DNA of 62,227 bases, filler included, from Chiloscyllium plagiosum (Eukaryota), in the NCBI RefSeq assembly GCF_004010195.1. It is 3 parts of one record of this genome, joined end to end, with 100 filler letters (N's around TTAATTAATTAA, not from the genome) between each part and the next. Parts side by side here need not be neighbours in the genome. Positions count along the whole stretch, not along the records: positions 22,465 to 34,070 come from NC_057713.1; positions 34,171 to 62,227 come from NC_057713.1; 1 more part is not named here. One strand, given 5' to 3'. A program made the position numbers and the translations under genes. Positions within the stretch are counted from its first letter, which is position 1; each line of letters starts with the position of its first letter. The notes under the pieces were generated by a model, which worked only from the letters and a program-made list of their open reading frames with translations, ran no database searches and had not been told where the DNA came from. Positions 25,271-38,476 of this stretch are shown piece after piece.

Positions 25271-26152
25271 CATTTCATATTTTCCATTTCTCTAATGATT
25301 CCATTCCATGATTAATGAACGACAATGAATGACACCAAGCTACGAATAATTCCTTTGGAAAGATCCATTACAGATGTTAAAAAAAATTACAGGCTCAAAG
25401 CATTGTTGATCCACTAGATTCCATACTGGGGATATTGGTTTATCGACAAAGGAAGGGATTAGATAGTGAGTCATTCAAGATGTTGCAATAATGTTTCTCC
25501 TAAAGAAAAAAATATCATTGGAATAACTTCACAGCTTTTCTCCCTCAGCTTTTGAAACAGACAACGTCTGCATCTTCTGTAACTTTGACCACCATGGAAT
25601 AAGACAGGTGTTGAACATCCTGGACAAGAGATACGCCAGTAATGGGGGGAAGTGACAGAAAGCTTCCTCAGACCAGGAGGACAGCCTAACAAGAGCTGAG
25701 AATGTGGTGGAAGAGAATATGGTTTCTACATCATTGATGGGATCAAGGATCCACTGACAGAGGGTGCATCTGTCTCTCAGATCCTGCTGATGGTGGCTGT
25801 CACACTCTTCACGGCCACAAAGTGAGAGACATGAGCAGTTTCATCAATTCCCCCCAGGGCAACAAGGAGAGCTCAAAGTAGGAGTGTGATATGACATCAG
25901 ATAGATCACAAAGTGGATCACTGTGGAGTGTTTTGGATGTTGCACGCAAGTATTAAGTTTGACACATTACGGTAGAAAATGTCTTCTTTGTTATAAATCA
26001 GAACCACCGATCAGACACTTGCAGTACTGCAATGATGGTGTTAAAAATCACACAACACCATCATAGTCCAACAGTCATGATTTGGACTGGGGTGTACAAA
26101 GTTAAAAATCACACAACACCAGGTTAGAGTCCAATAGGTTTAATTGGAAGCA

Positions 26153-26187
26153 CACTAGCTTTCGGAGCGATGCTCCTTCATCAGGTG
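26153..26187 (-). ncRNA. Minimal type-I hammerhead ribozyme motif (family B), best-preserved copy
   Basis: Reverse complement CAC-CTGATGA-a-GGAGC-atc-GCTCC-GAAA-gc-TA-GTG. Helix I CAC/GTG, perfect 5-bp helix II, palindromic AGCT in helix III. Confidence 0.75.
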
Positions 26188-26557
26188 GTTGTGGAGTATA
26201 AGATCATAGGACACAGAATTTATAGCAAAAGTTTACAGTGTGATGTAACTGAAATTATATATTGAAAAAGACCTGGATTGTTTGTTACGTCTCTCACCTT
26301 TTAGAATGACCATGTTGGTTTCAGTTCTTTCATATGTAAATCATAGAACTTTTTTAAAGTTATATTCTCAAGTGAATTCCAACAATAGGTGCCATGTTGG
26401 CTCAGGTGTGAGGTGTCCTGTGTGAGACTGTCTGTGCCCCAATGTTCAGACTGATTCTAATCTAAAAAAGGGATTTACAGAACTTTACATGGATTCATGC
26501 AGTTTTTGAGCAAAACAAGATGTAATTCTGCAAATACAAATTCACCCCACAAACTTG

Positions 26558-27085
26558 TTGTGTGTGTGTGTGTGTGTATGTGTGTGTGTGGGCTGAAAGC
26601 CAAGTCAGGTACCCATGGGGATGGCTTCAAACAGGACCTTGGTTCATGCCACACTACAGGTGACCCCATTGCACTACGCACACACAGACAGATGCACACA
26701 CACAGACAGGTTGACAGACACAGACACAAGGACACAGTCACACAGACACTCCTACAGACACATACACACAGACAGATGCACACTCATAGACAGACAGACA
26801 CACACACTCAGACAATCCTACACACATGCATTCCTACAGACACACACACACTCCTACAGACCCATACACTCACACAGATTCTCCCTCATACACAAGCTCT
26901 CTCTCTCATATGCTCACACATACACTCTCAAACTCTCATGCGTACACGCACCCTTTCACAGATACCTATACCCATTTACAATCACACTCACACACATACA
27001 CACACTCTCACAGACACTCATAACCCCCGCCTACCACACGCGCATGCGCGCGCGTGTGCGCACACACACACACACACACACACAT
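26558..27085. repeat. (TG)n and degenerate (CA)n microsatellite tract
   Basis: Visible dinucleotide repeats, which explain the His/Thr-rich spurious ORFs. Confidence 0.9.
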
Positions 27086-27929
27086 ATAAGTTTGTGGGGT
27101 GAATTTGTACTTGCAGAATTACATTTTATTTTGCTCAAAAACTGCATGAATCCATGTAAGGTTCTGCAAATCCCTTTTTTAGATTAGAATCAGTCTGAAC
27201 ATTGGGCACAGACAGTCTCACACAGGGCACCTCACACCTTCAATTCATTATCTGGGCTGACATGACACCTATTGTTAAAGTTCACATGAGAATGTAACTT
27301 TAAATAAGCTCTGCGATTTACATATGAAGGAACTGAAACCAACATCTTCATTCTAAAAGATGAGAGACTTAACAAACAATCCAGGTCTTTTTCAGTTCCA
27401 TCACACCGTAAACTTTTGCAATAAATTCTGTGTCTTACGATCTTATACTCCACAACCACCTGGTGAAGGGGCAGTGCTAGAAAGCTAGTGCTTCCAAATA
27501 AACCTGTTGGGACAATAACCTGGTTTTATGTGATTTTTAATTTTGTACACCCCAGTCCAACACCAGCATCTCCAACCATGCAATGATGGTGATCTGAAAT
27601 ACAGTGTAGAAGGTTCTGGAGAAACTCACCAAATCTGACATGGAGATACAAACTGAGTTCACAGTTGTACACACACATGGACATCCTGCTGATGAGTCTC
27701 TCCCATCTGATACTGTGTGTCCCCATAGCCACCAGACTGAATTCAGAGGGAAAAACCAAGAATACTTGGAAATTAATACTCGTCCTCTGTTTTGAAGTAT
27801 ATGAGGTGGATCAGTGTGGCTCATTTGACAGATTTACTGTTTCTCTCACTGTGAATGATGCTTTTGATCTGTTAGAATTCAGCTGTCATAGTAAGGCCAA
27901 CTCTCTCTGTACCTTCCCCATTATGATGT

Positions 27930-29195
27930 CAGAGTCATAGAGATGTACAGCATGGAAACAGACCCTGTGGCCCAACTCGTCCATGCCGACCAGATATCCC
28001 AACCTAATTTAGTCCCACCTGCCAGCACCCGGCCCATATCCCTCCAAACCCTTCCTATTCATATACCCATCCAAATGCCTCTTAAATGTTGCAATTGTAC
28101 CAGCCTCCACCACATCCTCTGGCAGCTCATTCCATACAGGTACCACCCTCTGCGTGAAAAAGATGCCGCTTAGGTCTCTTTTATATTTTCCCTCTCACCC
28201 TAAACCTATGCCCTCTAGTTCTGGACTCCCCGACCCCAGGGAAAAGACTTTGCCTATTTACCCTANNNNNNNNNNNNNNNNNNNNNNNNNNNNNNNNNNN
28301 NNNNNNNNNNNNNNNNNNNNNNNNNNNNNNNNNNNNNNNNNNNNNNNNNNNNNNNNNNNNNNNNNNNNNNNNNNNNNNNNNNNNNNNNNNNNNNNNNNNN
28401 NNNNNNNNNNNNNNNNNNNNNNNNNNNNNNNNNNNNNNNNNNNNNNNNNNNNNNNNNNNNNNNNNNNNNNNNNNNNNNNNNNNNNNNNNNNNNNNNNNNN
28501 NNNNNNNNNNNNNNNNNNNNNNNNNNNNNNNNNNNNNNNNNNNNNNNNNNNNNNNNNNNNNNNNNNNNNNNNNNNNNNNNNNNNNNNNNNNNNNNNNNNN
28601 NNNNNNNNNNNNNNNNNNNNNNNNNNNNNNNNNNNNNNNNNNNNNNNNNNNNNNNNNNNNNNNNNNNNNNNNNNNNNNNNNNNNNNNNNNNNNNNNNNNN
28701 NNNNNNNNNNNNNNNNNNNNNNNNNNNNNNNNNNNNNNNNNNNNNNNNNNNNNNNNNNNAAACAACCCTCCACCACCACCCTCTGTCTTCTACCTTTGAG
28801 CCAGTTCTGTATCCAAATGGCTAGTTCTCCCTGTATTCCATGAGATCCAACCTTGCTAATCAGTCTCCCTTGGGGAACCTTGTCGAACGCCTTACTGGAG
28901 TCCATATAGATCACATCTACCACTCTGCCCTCATCAATCCTCTTTGTTACTTGCTCAAAAAACTCAATCAAGTTTGTGAGACATGATTTCCCACGCACAA
29001 AGCCATGTTGACTATCCCTAATAAATCCTTGCCTTTCCAAATACATGTACATCCTGTCCCTCAGAATTCCCTCCAACAACTTGCCCACCACCGACGTCAG
29101 GCTCATTGGTCGATACTTCCCTGGCTTGTCCTTACCACCCTTCTTAAACAGTGGCACCATGTTTGCCAACCTCCAGTGTTCTGGCACCTCACCTG
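27930..29195 (-). mobile_element. Young CR1 LINE 3' half (gap at 28266-28759)
   Basis: PEHWRLANMVPLFKKG...YMDSSKAFDKVP, with the tail at 27930-28000. Confidence 0.9.
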
Positions 29196-29589
29196 TATTT
29201 TTTTTCTGCACAAAATAGAGACAGTTCCTAAAGTTGTTCACAATCCCAAGCTGTTCAGCTACCTGGGACCAATCACATAGTTACTGGCAGGCAGAAATCA
29301 CTTGGCATCAATAACTACTTGTTAGTCCTTAGAGCAATCAGCTACTGAATTTGCACTTGTACACAGTCCTTGACTCCAGCTTGTCTGCAAACCTACCGCT
29401 ACTGACTGAACTAGGGAAAGGTGTAGCGTAATGTGAATTGCATGCTTCCTCTAGGTGTAATGACTGTGCATCTGTATAATGACATCAGATCATGTGGATT
29501 AGGAGATTGGGTCCGTATGATTTCAATGAGATGCTGTCTCTTATCATCCTGTCTATATAGGTATGTAACAACACTTGTGCTGTTTACTC

Positions 29590-30300
29590 ACATTAACATT
29601 GTGGTGAGCTACTGCCTTGAACTGTTGCCATCCATGTGGGGGCTAAGCAAAAAATGTTGGTTAAAAAAATGAGTTCCAGAATTTTGACCAAGTGACAGTG
29701 AAGGACTGGAGATGTAGTTTTAAATGAGACTAACGTGTGGCTTGGAGGGGAACTTGCACCTAGTGGTATTCCCATGCCTGTGCTGCCTCTTCTCGGTGGT
29801 TGAGATGGAAGGTGCGGGTGAAGGACACTCGATAAGATGGCAGAATACACGTTGGAGATGGTACACACAGCTTCTACTCTGTGTGTTGGTGCTGGAGGAA
29901 TTGAATGTTGAGGGTGGGGGCCAATTAAGGATGCTGCTTATAGCATTCAACTTCTTGAGTGTTATTGGAGCTGCACTCATTCAGGCAACTGGAGAATATT
30001 CCATCACTCCCTGACTGGTGTCTTATTGGTAATTGACCCGATTTGGGCTTATAGGAGGTACATTCTTGCCTCGGAATTCCCAAACCCTGACCTACTCTTG
30101 TACTCACAGTATCTATAAAATTGTTCCAGTTCAGTCTCAGGTCAATAGCAATCCCAGGACGTTGACAGTGAGGGATTCAGTGATGGTAATGACATTGAAT
30201 GTCAAGGGACTTGGTTAAATTCTCTTTTGTTGGAGATATAGTTTTAATGCAGTACACTTTTGTGGAGTGATGTTAGTTGCCACTTTTCATTCCAAGTTTA
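29590..30300 (-). mobile_element. CR1-group LINE family B, 3' part
   Basis: Antisense of the 2270-2790 sequence. Confidence 0.6.
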
Positions 30301-32949
30301 TGTTATCAATTCATTTGAGCAGCGACCTATGACATAGATGCACGTTCATCCATTCAGCCCCTTAAATGCGCATTGCCATTAAATACAATCACGACTCATC
30401 TTCTTCGTCATCTCCAGCTTGCCATCCATTCTCCATAATCTCCTGATTATCTGAAAGACCAAAAGCTTGTTTATCTGAGATTTAAACATATTCACTCATA
30501 TCACAACCATCTGTGTTCTCCCTGTTCTAGAGTCTCCAATCAGGGTACACAACCACTCCGTTTTTACTCTTTCTGGATCAGATAAGAACTTGCAGTAAAC
30601 AATGAGGTGCTGGAGGCAAGGGTAGTGATTTAACAAGGTGAAAAGCATTTATTATATGAAGCCAATTAACAAGTTTAAGAACTTTCATTGTATAATGCCA
30701 GATGACTTAATCTTTACTATTGACACATGGTGATTCTAATGGTCACCCAATCAACACGGATGTTGCCTTATCTGGATGATGCTCAGTGGAAGTGACTATA
30801 TAATTCCTTAAGAATCTGCTGTTCAAGAGAAGACTGAGAACTCATGTCTCTGTGCATATGTGTGATCATGGTCTCTCCCTCCAGAGCTCGGAATAAAGAT
30901 GAAGGAGGTAAAGTCATACTGAGTCTCTGAGTGTTTTGCTTCAATTGGTACAGGGACAGGGAAAATGGGACAACAGTCTCAGGGTACAGGGTAGGTCATT
31001 TAGGATTAAGATGAGCAGTTTTTTTGTCCCAGACAATAATGTGCTTGTAGAACTCTCATGCTCAGAAAGCGATCAAGGCCAAAATGTCAAATGTTTTCTC
31101 GAAGGAGTTAAATTTATTTCTTAGAGCTAAAGAGTTCAAAGCATATTGGGAGAAAGTGGGAATATAGTAGTGTTGGATGATCAGCCATGATCATATTGAA
31201 GGGCGCAGCAAGCTCAAAGGGCTGAATAGCCTGAATATGTTTCTATTCTAATAAATTCAAAAAGTGTGGTATTGGAAAAGCATAGTAGGTCAGGCAGCAT
31301 CTGAGCAGCAGGAATACCAACACTTCAGGCATAAGCCCTTCATGAGGAATGTGGGGGGGGGGGGAAGGGGTGGCAAGTGAAGGGTGCAATAAGGGCCAAT
31401 GTAACAAATGCTATCCAAATTTGTGTATTTACGTGCTATTTTCTGTGTTCCTTGCATGATGTTCCTCTCATTTACAGCATAAATATTATCAAATTTTTGG
31501 TGGATTCATCAGCATTCTGTGATTCATGTTAAACCAATTGTAGAGTCATGGTCATACAGCATGGAAACAGGCCCTATGGCCTAACTCGTCCATGCTGACC
31601 AGATTTCCTAACCTGAACTAATCCCATTTGCCCGCATTTGGCTCCTATCCATCTAAACCTTTCCTATCCATGTACCTGTCCAAGTGCCTTTTAAATGTTG
31701 TAATTGTATCCACCTCTGCTACTTCCTCTGGTAGCTCATTCAAATCACCCTATGTGAAAATGTTGCCCCTCAATCCCTTTTATATCTTTCTCCGCTCATC
31801 TTATACCTGTGTCCTCACTCACTCACTTCAATAATTTCAGTCCTAGACAAGATCTGAAGCGTTTATTATACGCTTGCAAGTGTGGTGCCTAAAATAGACA
31901 CCCAGAGCTTAGCAAGTACATATCTTATATAGGATTCACTACTCCAAACCCGGTGCCCATTACTATTGTTTATCTCCTGCCTTATCCGGCCTTGTGCATA
32001 ACAAAGTACAAGTTTTACTTGGCCATCCTGCTGTGGTCCATTGTTAGGTTTATCCTCCTTCACTGTCATCTATTTCCCCTACTTGTGACATTTCCTCCCA
32101 TTCCTCAACCATATTGAACCTTATGACCTTTTAATTGGGGTTTGTTTTTGTGTTTTTGCAGAAGTGGGAAACAGATGCTTATAACTACTGCTTGTACAAG
32201 CATATCTGGCTTAACCTACATCCTCATGCACCTTATCTATTTGTCTGTAACATCTACCATTGTTTGCAGGCATGTTTCATTCTTGTATGCACATTTTAGC
32301 TAATACAAAAACAATTATATATTTCCTTCACAGTTTTCATTTTTGTTGACTCAGCTCTTGGTTGAAACAATTATGCACTGATGAGAGTTCATTTACCTTG
32401 CATAAGTAATTATGATTGCAGAAGTAACACTACTTTACCTATATTCCACACTATCCATGCCCTTCATGATTTTATAAACCTCTATAAGGTCAGCCCTCAG
32501 CCTCCTACGGTCCAAGGAAAAATGTCCCAGCCTATCCATATAACTCAAACCCTCCAGTATCAGTAATATCCTTGTGAACATTTTTGGACCCTTTCCAGTT
32601 TAACAGCACTCTACCTATCAGAATTGTAAAGAGTACACCAAATAAAGCTTTATGAAGGTGTTGGCACCAGTTTCTGACTTACACTATCTGCAGTTCTTTC
32701 GTTTTTTTTCCTCCACATTTGCTGCCAGACAGGCTGAGTTACACTGGCACTTCATCGAGCATCTGCAGTACCTTACTTCCCTTAGAAACAATATGATAAT
32801 TCCCCGTGAGCGATTGGTTTCCAGAGATCCAACAATATTGGATAATCTAACATGGTCTTTGGGTCAAATCTGTGGATTTCTCTAGGTTACAGCACCACAT
32901 ACCCAACATTATTTGAGGGAGAGGTCCACCATTAGCAGAAACACCTAGT

Positions 32950-33530
32950 GTCTGGGAGTAGATATTTGAAATGAACTCATTCAGAGATGTGATGTCACAC
33001 CGCTTGAGCAGATAGGACTTGAACCCAGGCCTCTTAGGCTGGGGGAGGTCAGGATTCTACCATTGCACCAAAGTAGAGTTCCCCAAAACTTTTAAACACA
33101 CTTCATCATGAAGCAGGTGGGATATGAACCTGGGTCTTTTGGCCTAGAGGCAAGGAGAGAACCACTGTACCATAAGAGCCTTTAAATATTCTCTAAACAA
33201 CCTGCACTGACATATTGACTCTTCTGATGCAGGGTCACTGGATGTGAAAGGTAAACTCTGATGCTGTCAGTCCTGCTGATCTCCTCCAGCAATTTCTGTC
33301 TTTGTTCGCTTCGTATCCTTGCAACGACATGTTAACGAACGCAGAGTTAAACCAGGACCTCCTAGCCCAGAGTTATGGGCACTACCATTGCTCCACAAAA
33401 GTTCTCTCAACTTCACAACATGCATTCACCTCAGCCTGTGTCAGAGACCCTGTCAGGCGTCTCTGGATATTGAACCCGGGTCTCTCGGCTCGTAGATCAG
33501 GACACGACCAAAACGCCACCGAATCCCAGG
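32950..33530 (-). repeat. Four tandem, co-oriented tRNA-derived SINE heads
   Basis: A/B-box pairs on -: TGGTGCAATGG/GGTTCAAGTCC, TGGTACAGTGG/GGTTCATATCC, TGGAGCAATGG/GGTTTAACTCT, TGGCGTTTTGG/GGTTCAATATCC. Confidence 0.55.
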
Positions 33531-34070
33531 GCCAGGGCCGGGGCTCCACTGGAGGCACCAGCCTTTGAGCGGCAGCACTCGGCCGACGCCCCTCTCGCGA
33601 GGCTTTCCCGCTTCCATGTTGCCACGTTCGCTGGGCGCGAGGAGGAGGGCGGAGCATGCCGCTGTATAGCCAATAGGAAAGAGAGTCTAACCGGAGGACC
33701 GCGGTCGATTGGTGAAGGGGGCTGTCGGTCAGACGGCGCTCCACGCTCCCTCACGCCCCCGGACAGAAGGGGGTGGGGCTTGGGGGGGGGTCAGGTGGGG
33801 ACCAACGGCCGCGAGCGCGAGAGCGAGACAGACCCAGGGGCACTGGGAGTGACACAGACCCTGACACAGACAGGGGCCTGAGGGGGACCGGCGGCCAGAC
33901 GGTGTGTCTCTGTCTCACACACACACACAGAGTCCCAGTCGGGCCATCGCCGCATCCTCTTCCATCCCGCGGCACCTTCTGAAGGAGTGAACCATGACAT
34001 CGAAGAGCAAGGCGGCCAACAGCCGCTCCAACTCGTCAGCATCCCGGAAAGGTCAGAGCCGGGGGGGGAG
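33460..34070. promoter_or_regulatory. CpG island, probable bidirectional promoter
   Basis: The only CpG-dense non-repeat stretch. TCTCGCGAGG (33593), GC box GGGCGG (33647), CCAAT (33670), ATTGG (33708). Kozak ATGs diverge at 33617 (-) and 33994 (+). Confidence 0.8.
33994..34051 (+). CDS. First coding exon of an unidentified gene (MTSKSKAANSRSNSSASRK, phase 1)
   Basis: accATGa inside the CpG island, donor AAG|gtcaga. Confidence 0.65.
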
Positions 34071-34170
34071 NNNNNNNNNNNNNNNNNNNNNNNNNNNNNN
34101 NNNNNNNNNNNNNNTTAATTAATTAANNNNNNNNNNNNNNNNNNNNNNNNNNNNNNNNNNNNNNNNNNNN
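34071..34170. other. Synthetic scaffold linker
   Basis: 44 N + TTAATTAATTAA + 44 N. Confidence 0.95.
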
Positions 34171-34549
34171 CTGGGTTTGCACTGACCCTCTGATTACATG
34201 CCACCCCTTCAGAGGTCATAGATAAATCTCAGCTCTGCTTTTATGTCTGTTTCATTTGTGAGCATTTGCTGCAGTCTTTTTGTTTTAAAACTGGGTGTTA
34301 AATATTATGTGATGTGGCGAGAGATGGGTGGATATATTTGCATAATTGTGAATACCTTCAATTTGTCCTCTTGTAGAAAGAGGTTACAGCAAAGGAGGCC
34401 ACTTGGCCCATTGTGCCGGTGCCATTCTGAGGAAGAGCACCTTGGCTTGTCCCACTCCCATATACTGCCTGCGCATTTATTTTTTTTCTCTCTGAATAAT
34501 TGATTTTCAAATAGGAATTAGGCAATTATGTCTGTTTCCACTGCCATAA

Positions 34550-35030
34550 TAAGACCATAAGAAATAGCAACAGTGGGCCGTTAAGCCCCTGAAGCCTGAT
34601 CTACCATTCAGTAGGATCATGGCTGATCCAACACGCCTCACCCAGCTTCCCTTTTCCCTATAACCCATGACACCCTGACTGATCAAGAATGTATTTAACT
34701 CAGTCTTAAGTTAAATACATTGTTGTCAAATGTACCTAAGTGCTGTCAAAAGTTTTTTTTTGTTTTCCAAGCAGTGCTGGTGATCATAGCAAACAAGGAT
34801 GTACAGATCATAGGGTGCTTAGTATTCCAAAGACACTCAATCCTCTGAGAGAAGAAATTCCTGTTCACCTCAGTCTTAAATTGGCACCTCTTTATTCTGA
34901 GACCGTGCCCTCTGGTCCTGGACTCTCCCATGAGGGAAAGCATCCTCTTAGCATTTATCATGTCAAGACCTTTAAGAATCCTACATGTTTTAATGAGAAC
35001 CACCTCTCATTCTTACAAACATTTCCAACC
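34550..35030 (-). mobile_element. CR1 LINE 3' end
   Basis: GESRTRGHGLRIK...RNFFSQR, with tail at 34550-34630. Confidence 0.75.
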
Positions 35031-37222
35031 TGTTTAGCCACACACAAAGATTTTGGTCCAAACCATTGGATGTGTTTTTTAAAAAAAAAAACACTTTTTC
35101 TTTTGCCACCTTTGATTTTGGCATTCACATTGTATTGATGCCTCTGGTTCTTGATCTTTTGCCAATGGGATTTTTCTCTTCATCTACTGTGTTCAGATTC
35201 CTCAGGATTGAACAGCAATCAAATCTCAACTCAAGTCATTTCTAAGAGCAACTACAGCTTCTATCATCTGTTTGCATGACTATAGTTCCTTATTCTCATG
35301 TGCTACTTTTATATAATTGTGATATGTAGTTGAAAAGTTTCATGTTGCTCACTGGAAAACAACGTGTAGTTTCATCTGGGTTTATAGTGTGTATAGTTTA
35401 AATGGTAAAGTTGAGACATTTCAGCGTGATTCAGAAATTGTTTACAAATAATGGGTGTTGCTTGATTTTTAAGCAACTCGTCAATATTTTTGAAGGAAGG
35501 CACTTATGGTCTAGGTAATGAGGAAACTCCGACTTTGAATGCCAATGTTGAAAAGCTTTGCTGTAATATCCTGTAATTGCAGTGTTGGTCTGAGAATTGA
35601 TTTGGTTACTGAGAAAGTTAGGGGTGCTCAAAGATGTTGTTAATGTGAACTTTCAGAAAGCTTTTGACATACAGTTTGGTTAATGAAAATAAGAACATTT
35701 GAAACTAAGTGGAACTTTGGGGCATAATTTAAAAATTGTAAAAGGACTTAAAATTGGACTAGACAGAATAATGTTGATGGGAATTTGTGGCTTGGAACGT
35801 AATAAATCTTTTTCTTAAGTAATCTGTGTGTGGAGTGTTTTCTGTGTATAAAATAGTATGTTGCAGCTGTGGAAGCAGCAAGTCACAAAGCGACAGATTC
35901 TCTCTAATTGAAGCTGAATGCGGGCAAGGGAGAGGTTTAGACTGAAGGAAGTCAGAATGTTTTGTAAATTGTAAGAGATTAGAAATTGGTAAGTAGAGGC
36001 TGGTATACAAATGACTATGTCAGCAGACATAAGCAAAAGCAGTCAGCAGTTCTTTCTTATATAATTACATTGTTGACATTTATCTCAGTGTGGCTGAAAT
36101 TGCTTAAGTTAGGGGCTATCTCATGCATGTAGGGAGTGAAATACTTCGACTTTCTGCCCTTTAATGTGACACTTGTAGTTAACTTTCTTTGATTTGTGTT
36201 GGGGGATAGTAGTCTGTGGAGAGGAATGTGCAGTTACCTCAGTTGGGTAGACAGCTAATATGTGGTCAAGAGTGTGGTACTGGAAAAGCACAGCTGGTCA
36301 GGCAGCATACGAGAAGCAGGAAAATCGACATTTCGGGCAAAAGCCCTAATGTGTGGTTCAGAATATGCCAACATTACAAGGTTTTATCCTGATTTCAGCT
36401 GAGATAAACCCTTGACTGTTCAGCAGCCCTCTAATAATTTCTTCAAAATACACCATCTCATTTTTTTGGAAGTTTTGTCTTTTGAATATCCTTCAAAGTA
36501 AAGAGCTTTGATTTGCAAACTTGGTTAATTTAACCAACCTGGGAACACAATCCAAAGTATTTCAGCATTGGGTATAGCAGTTCACATAATAAGACTTTGC
36601 AATTTTGTGTGTCAAGATTTGTGTCTGGTCCAAGAAGGGCATTGTTCTTGCCCTTTTAATTTGGCAAGTATAGGAGTCTGTCTTGATGGCAACATAAACA
36701 TTTTGGATCTAATAGTTGTGTTGTTGAGAAGTAATTTCCATTTCTAAAAGTTATAAACTAGCAATTTTCTTGCTCAATCACAAATACGGAAAAGGGATGT
36801 TGATAGTGTTCCATTTCTGTTCTGATTGTATGACACGCAGTATGTTTTTTTGGCCAAAAAAAACCAAAATTGAAATGAACAAGCAATTACTACAAATTAC
36901 ACACAAAAACATTGTAACTGTAACTGGTAGTGTGTGTATCAAGCTAATACTTCATCCTGGAGTTGAGACAATGTTTGATTGAGATGCCAAAAGTGTTCTG
37001 ACAGTTCTCCTGTGCATATAGACAAATATAATTGTGCATGATACATTATAATGCTTATGCTCTGGGCGCAATGCCTTGTGTACTTTTTCCAGTCAGTTCA
37101 TGAATGAAATCCTTGCGATCATCTTTCTGAGGTGGTTGCTTAGCATGGTAAAGTTATTCAAAGTTCTATTTTAAAAGCAAAAATTATTGTTCCTCCTGAT
37201 TTTAAGTAGAGCTGGAAGGAAA

Positions 37223-37560
37223 TGAGATTAGATAAGATTACTTAGTGTGGAAACAGGCCCTTCTGCCCAGTAGGTCCACATCAACCCTCCGAAGAGCAAC
37301 CCACCCAGACCCATTCCCCTACATTTACCCCTGCACCTAACACTACGGGCAATTTAGCATGACCAGTTCACCTGAACTGCACATTTTTGGACTTTGGGAG
37401 GAAACCGGAGCACCCGGAGGACACTCGCGCAGGCACAGGGAGAATGTGAAAACTCCACACAGACAGTTGCCTGAAGTGGGAATTGAACCCGGATCTCTTG
37501 CACTGTGAGGCAACAGTGCTAACCACTGTGCCACCATGCTGCCCATTGCCACCGTGCTGC
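37223..37560 (-). mobile_element. HE1-like V-SINE, full length
   Basis: Antisense of the 7265-7570 copy. Confidence 0.85.
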
Positions 37561-37964
37561 CCATTGTGCACCATTTGTGGGATGAATCCTTAGCAAATAC
37601 GTGATGGTAATTATTTCAGCTCTTGATTTATGCAGTTGGCCACTTATTACTAGCATCAGTTTTGATTGCTACAAAGTGCAACTATTTACCAGATAATTCC
37701 GTTGTATTGTCCACCTGGATAATATTTGATGGTTTTGTACAGTGATGTGTCTGGCTAGTTTATTGACTTTTCTTCAGTCCCAAATGGTCCAAACAATCCC
37801 CCGATCCTACCTAAATGGCTTGGACTGAACCATCTGATCTGACCTGGCCCAAACACGCAATGAACATGAATTGGCCATTGTTTGACGGTTAGCGATCCTC
37901 TGTGTCCCTGTGCTTGAAATTATCTGAAATAATGAACTGCTTTTCCGCATGTGCTCCTTGGTAG

Positions 37965-38010
37965 CTTCACTAGTGCAACGTATGCTTCAGCTTGCTCGAT
38001 TATTTCATTT
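37965..38010 (+). CDS. Candidate exon 2 (ASLVQRMLQLARLFH, phase 1 to 2)
   Basis: Acceptor ctccttggtag|, perfect donor |gtaagt, 46 nt, open in the frame set by exon 1. Confidence 0.5.
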
Positions 38011-38476
38011 GTAAGTGTTATTTTTTCACTGCTATGCTTTCTCATATTTTAATAGATAAAAACTTCAGTATTATTGAAAAAAAGACATTTTGCCAAGTCT
38101 TGGCAACTACTTAAGGAATACAGTAACATTTTTGTGGGATAATGCCTATCTTGATCAGGTTCGCTGCTCTGTTTTGTGAAAATGTATGAACAGGCCTCAG
38201 GATTTAAACTTTGATCCTGAAAAGCACTCTGTAAATCACAGATTGCAATAACTAAAATAGTGTAAACGTTGGAAATCTGAAACAAACACAATGCTAGAGA
38301 AACTCAGCAGGCTTGGCAACATCTATTCAGAGGGAAACAGACTTAATATTTACTGGATTCAATATGTTAACTTTATTCTCTCCACAGATGCTGCCAGACC
38401 TGCTTAAAATCTTCAACATTCAGGGTTTATTCACTCTCCTCCAACAATCAGTTCTGAAGAAGGGTCACTGGATCTA

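Larger units (their letters stand above)
26075..27580. mobile_element. PLE (family B) 3' end with a long inverted duplication: ~480-bp arms around a (CA)n-rich centre
   Basis: 26081-26556 is the diverged reverse complement of ~27088-27561. The centre has a degenerate endonuclease C-terminus (KAKSGTHGDGFKQDLG). There is an HHR motif in each arm. Confidence 0.85.

Noticed and set aside
26475..27187. Long His/Thr-rich ORFs (190-201 aa)
   Set aside because: They are translations of the (CA)n microsatellite.
30689..30952. Short TG...CA segment with TATA and AATAAA (solo LTR?)
   Set aside because: No matching TSD and only a single copy in the window.
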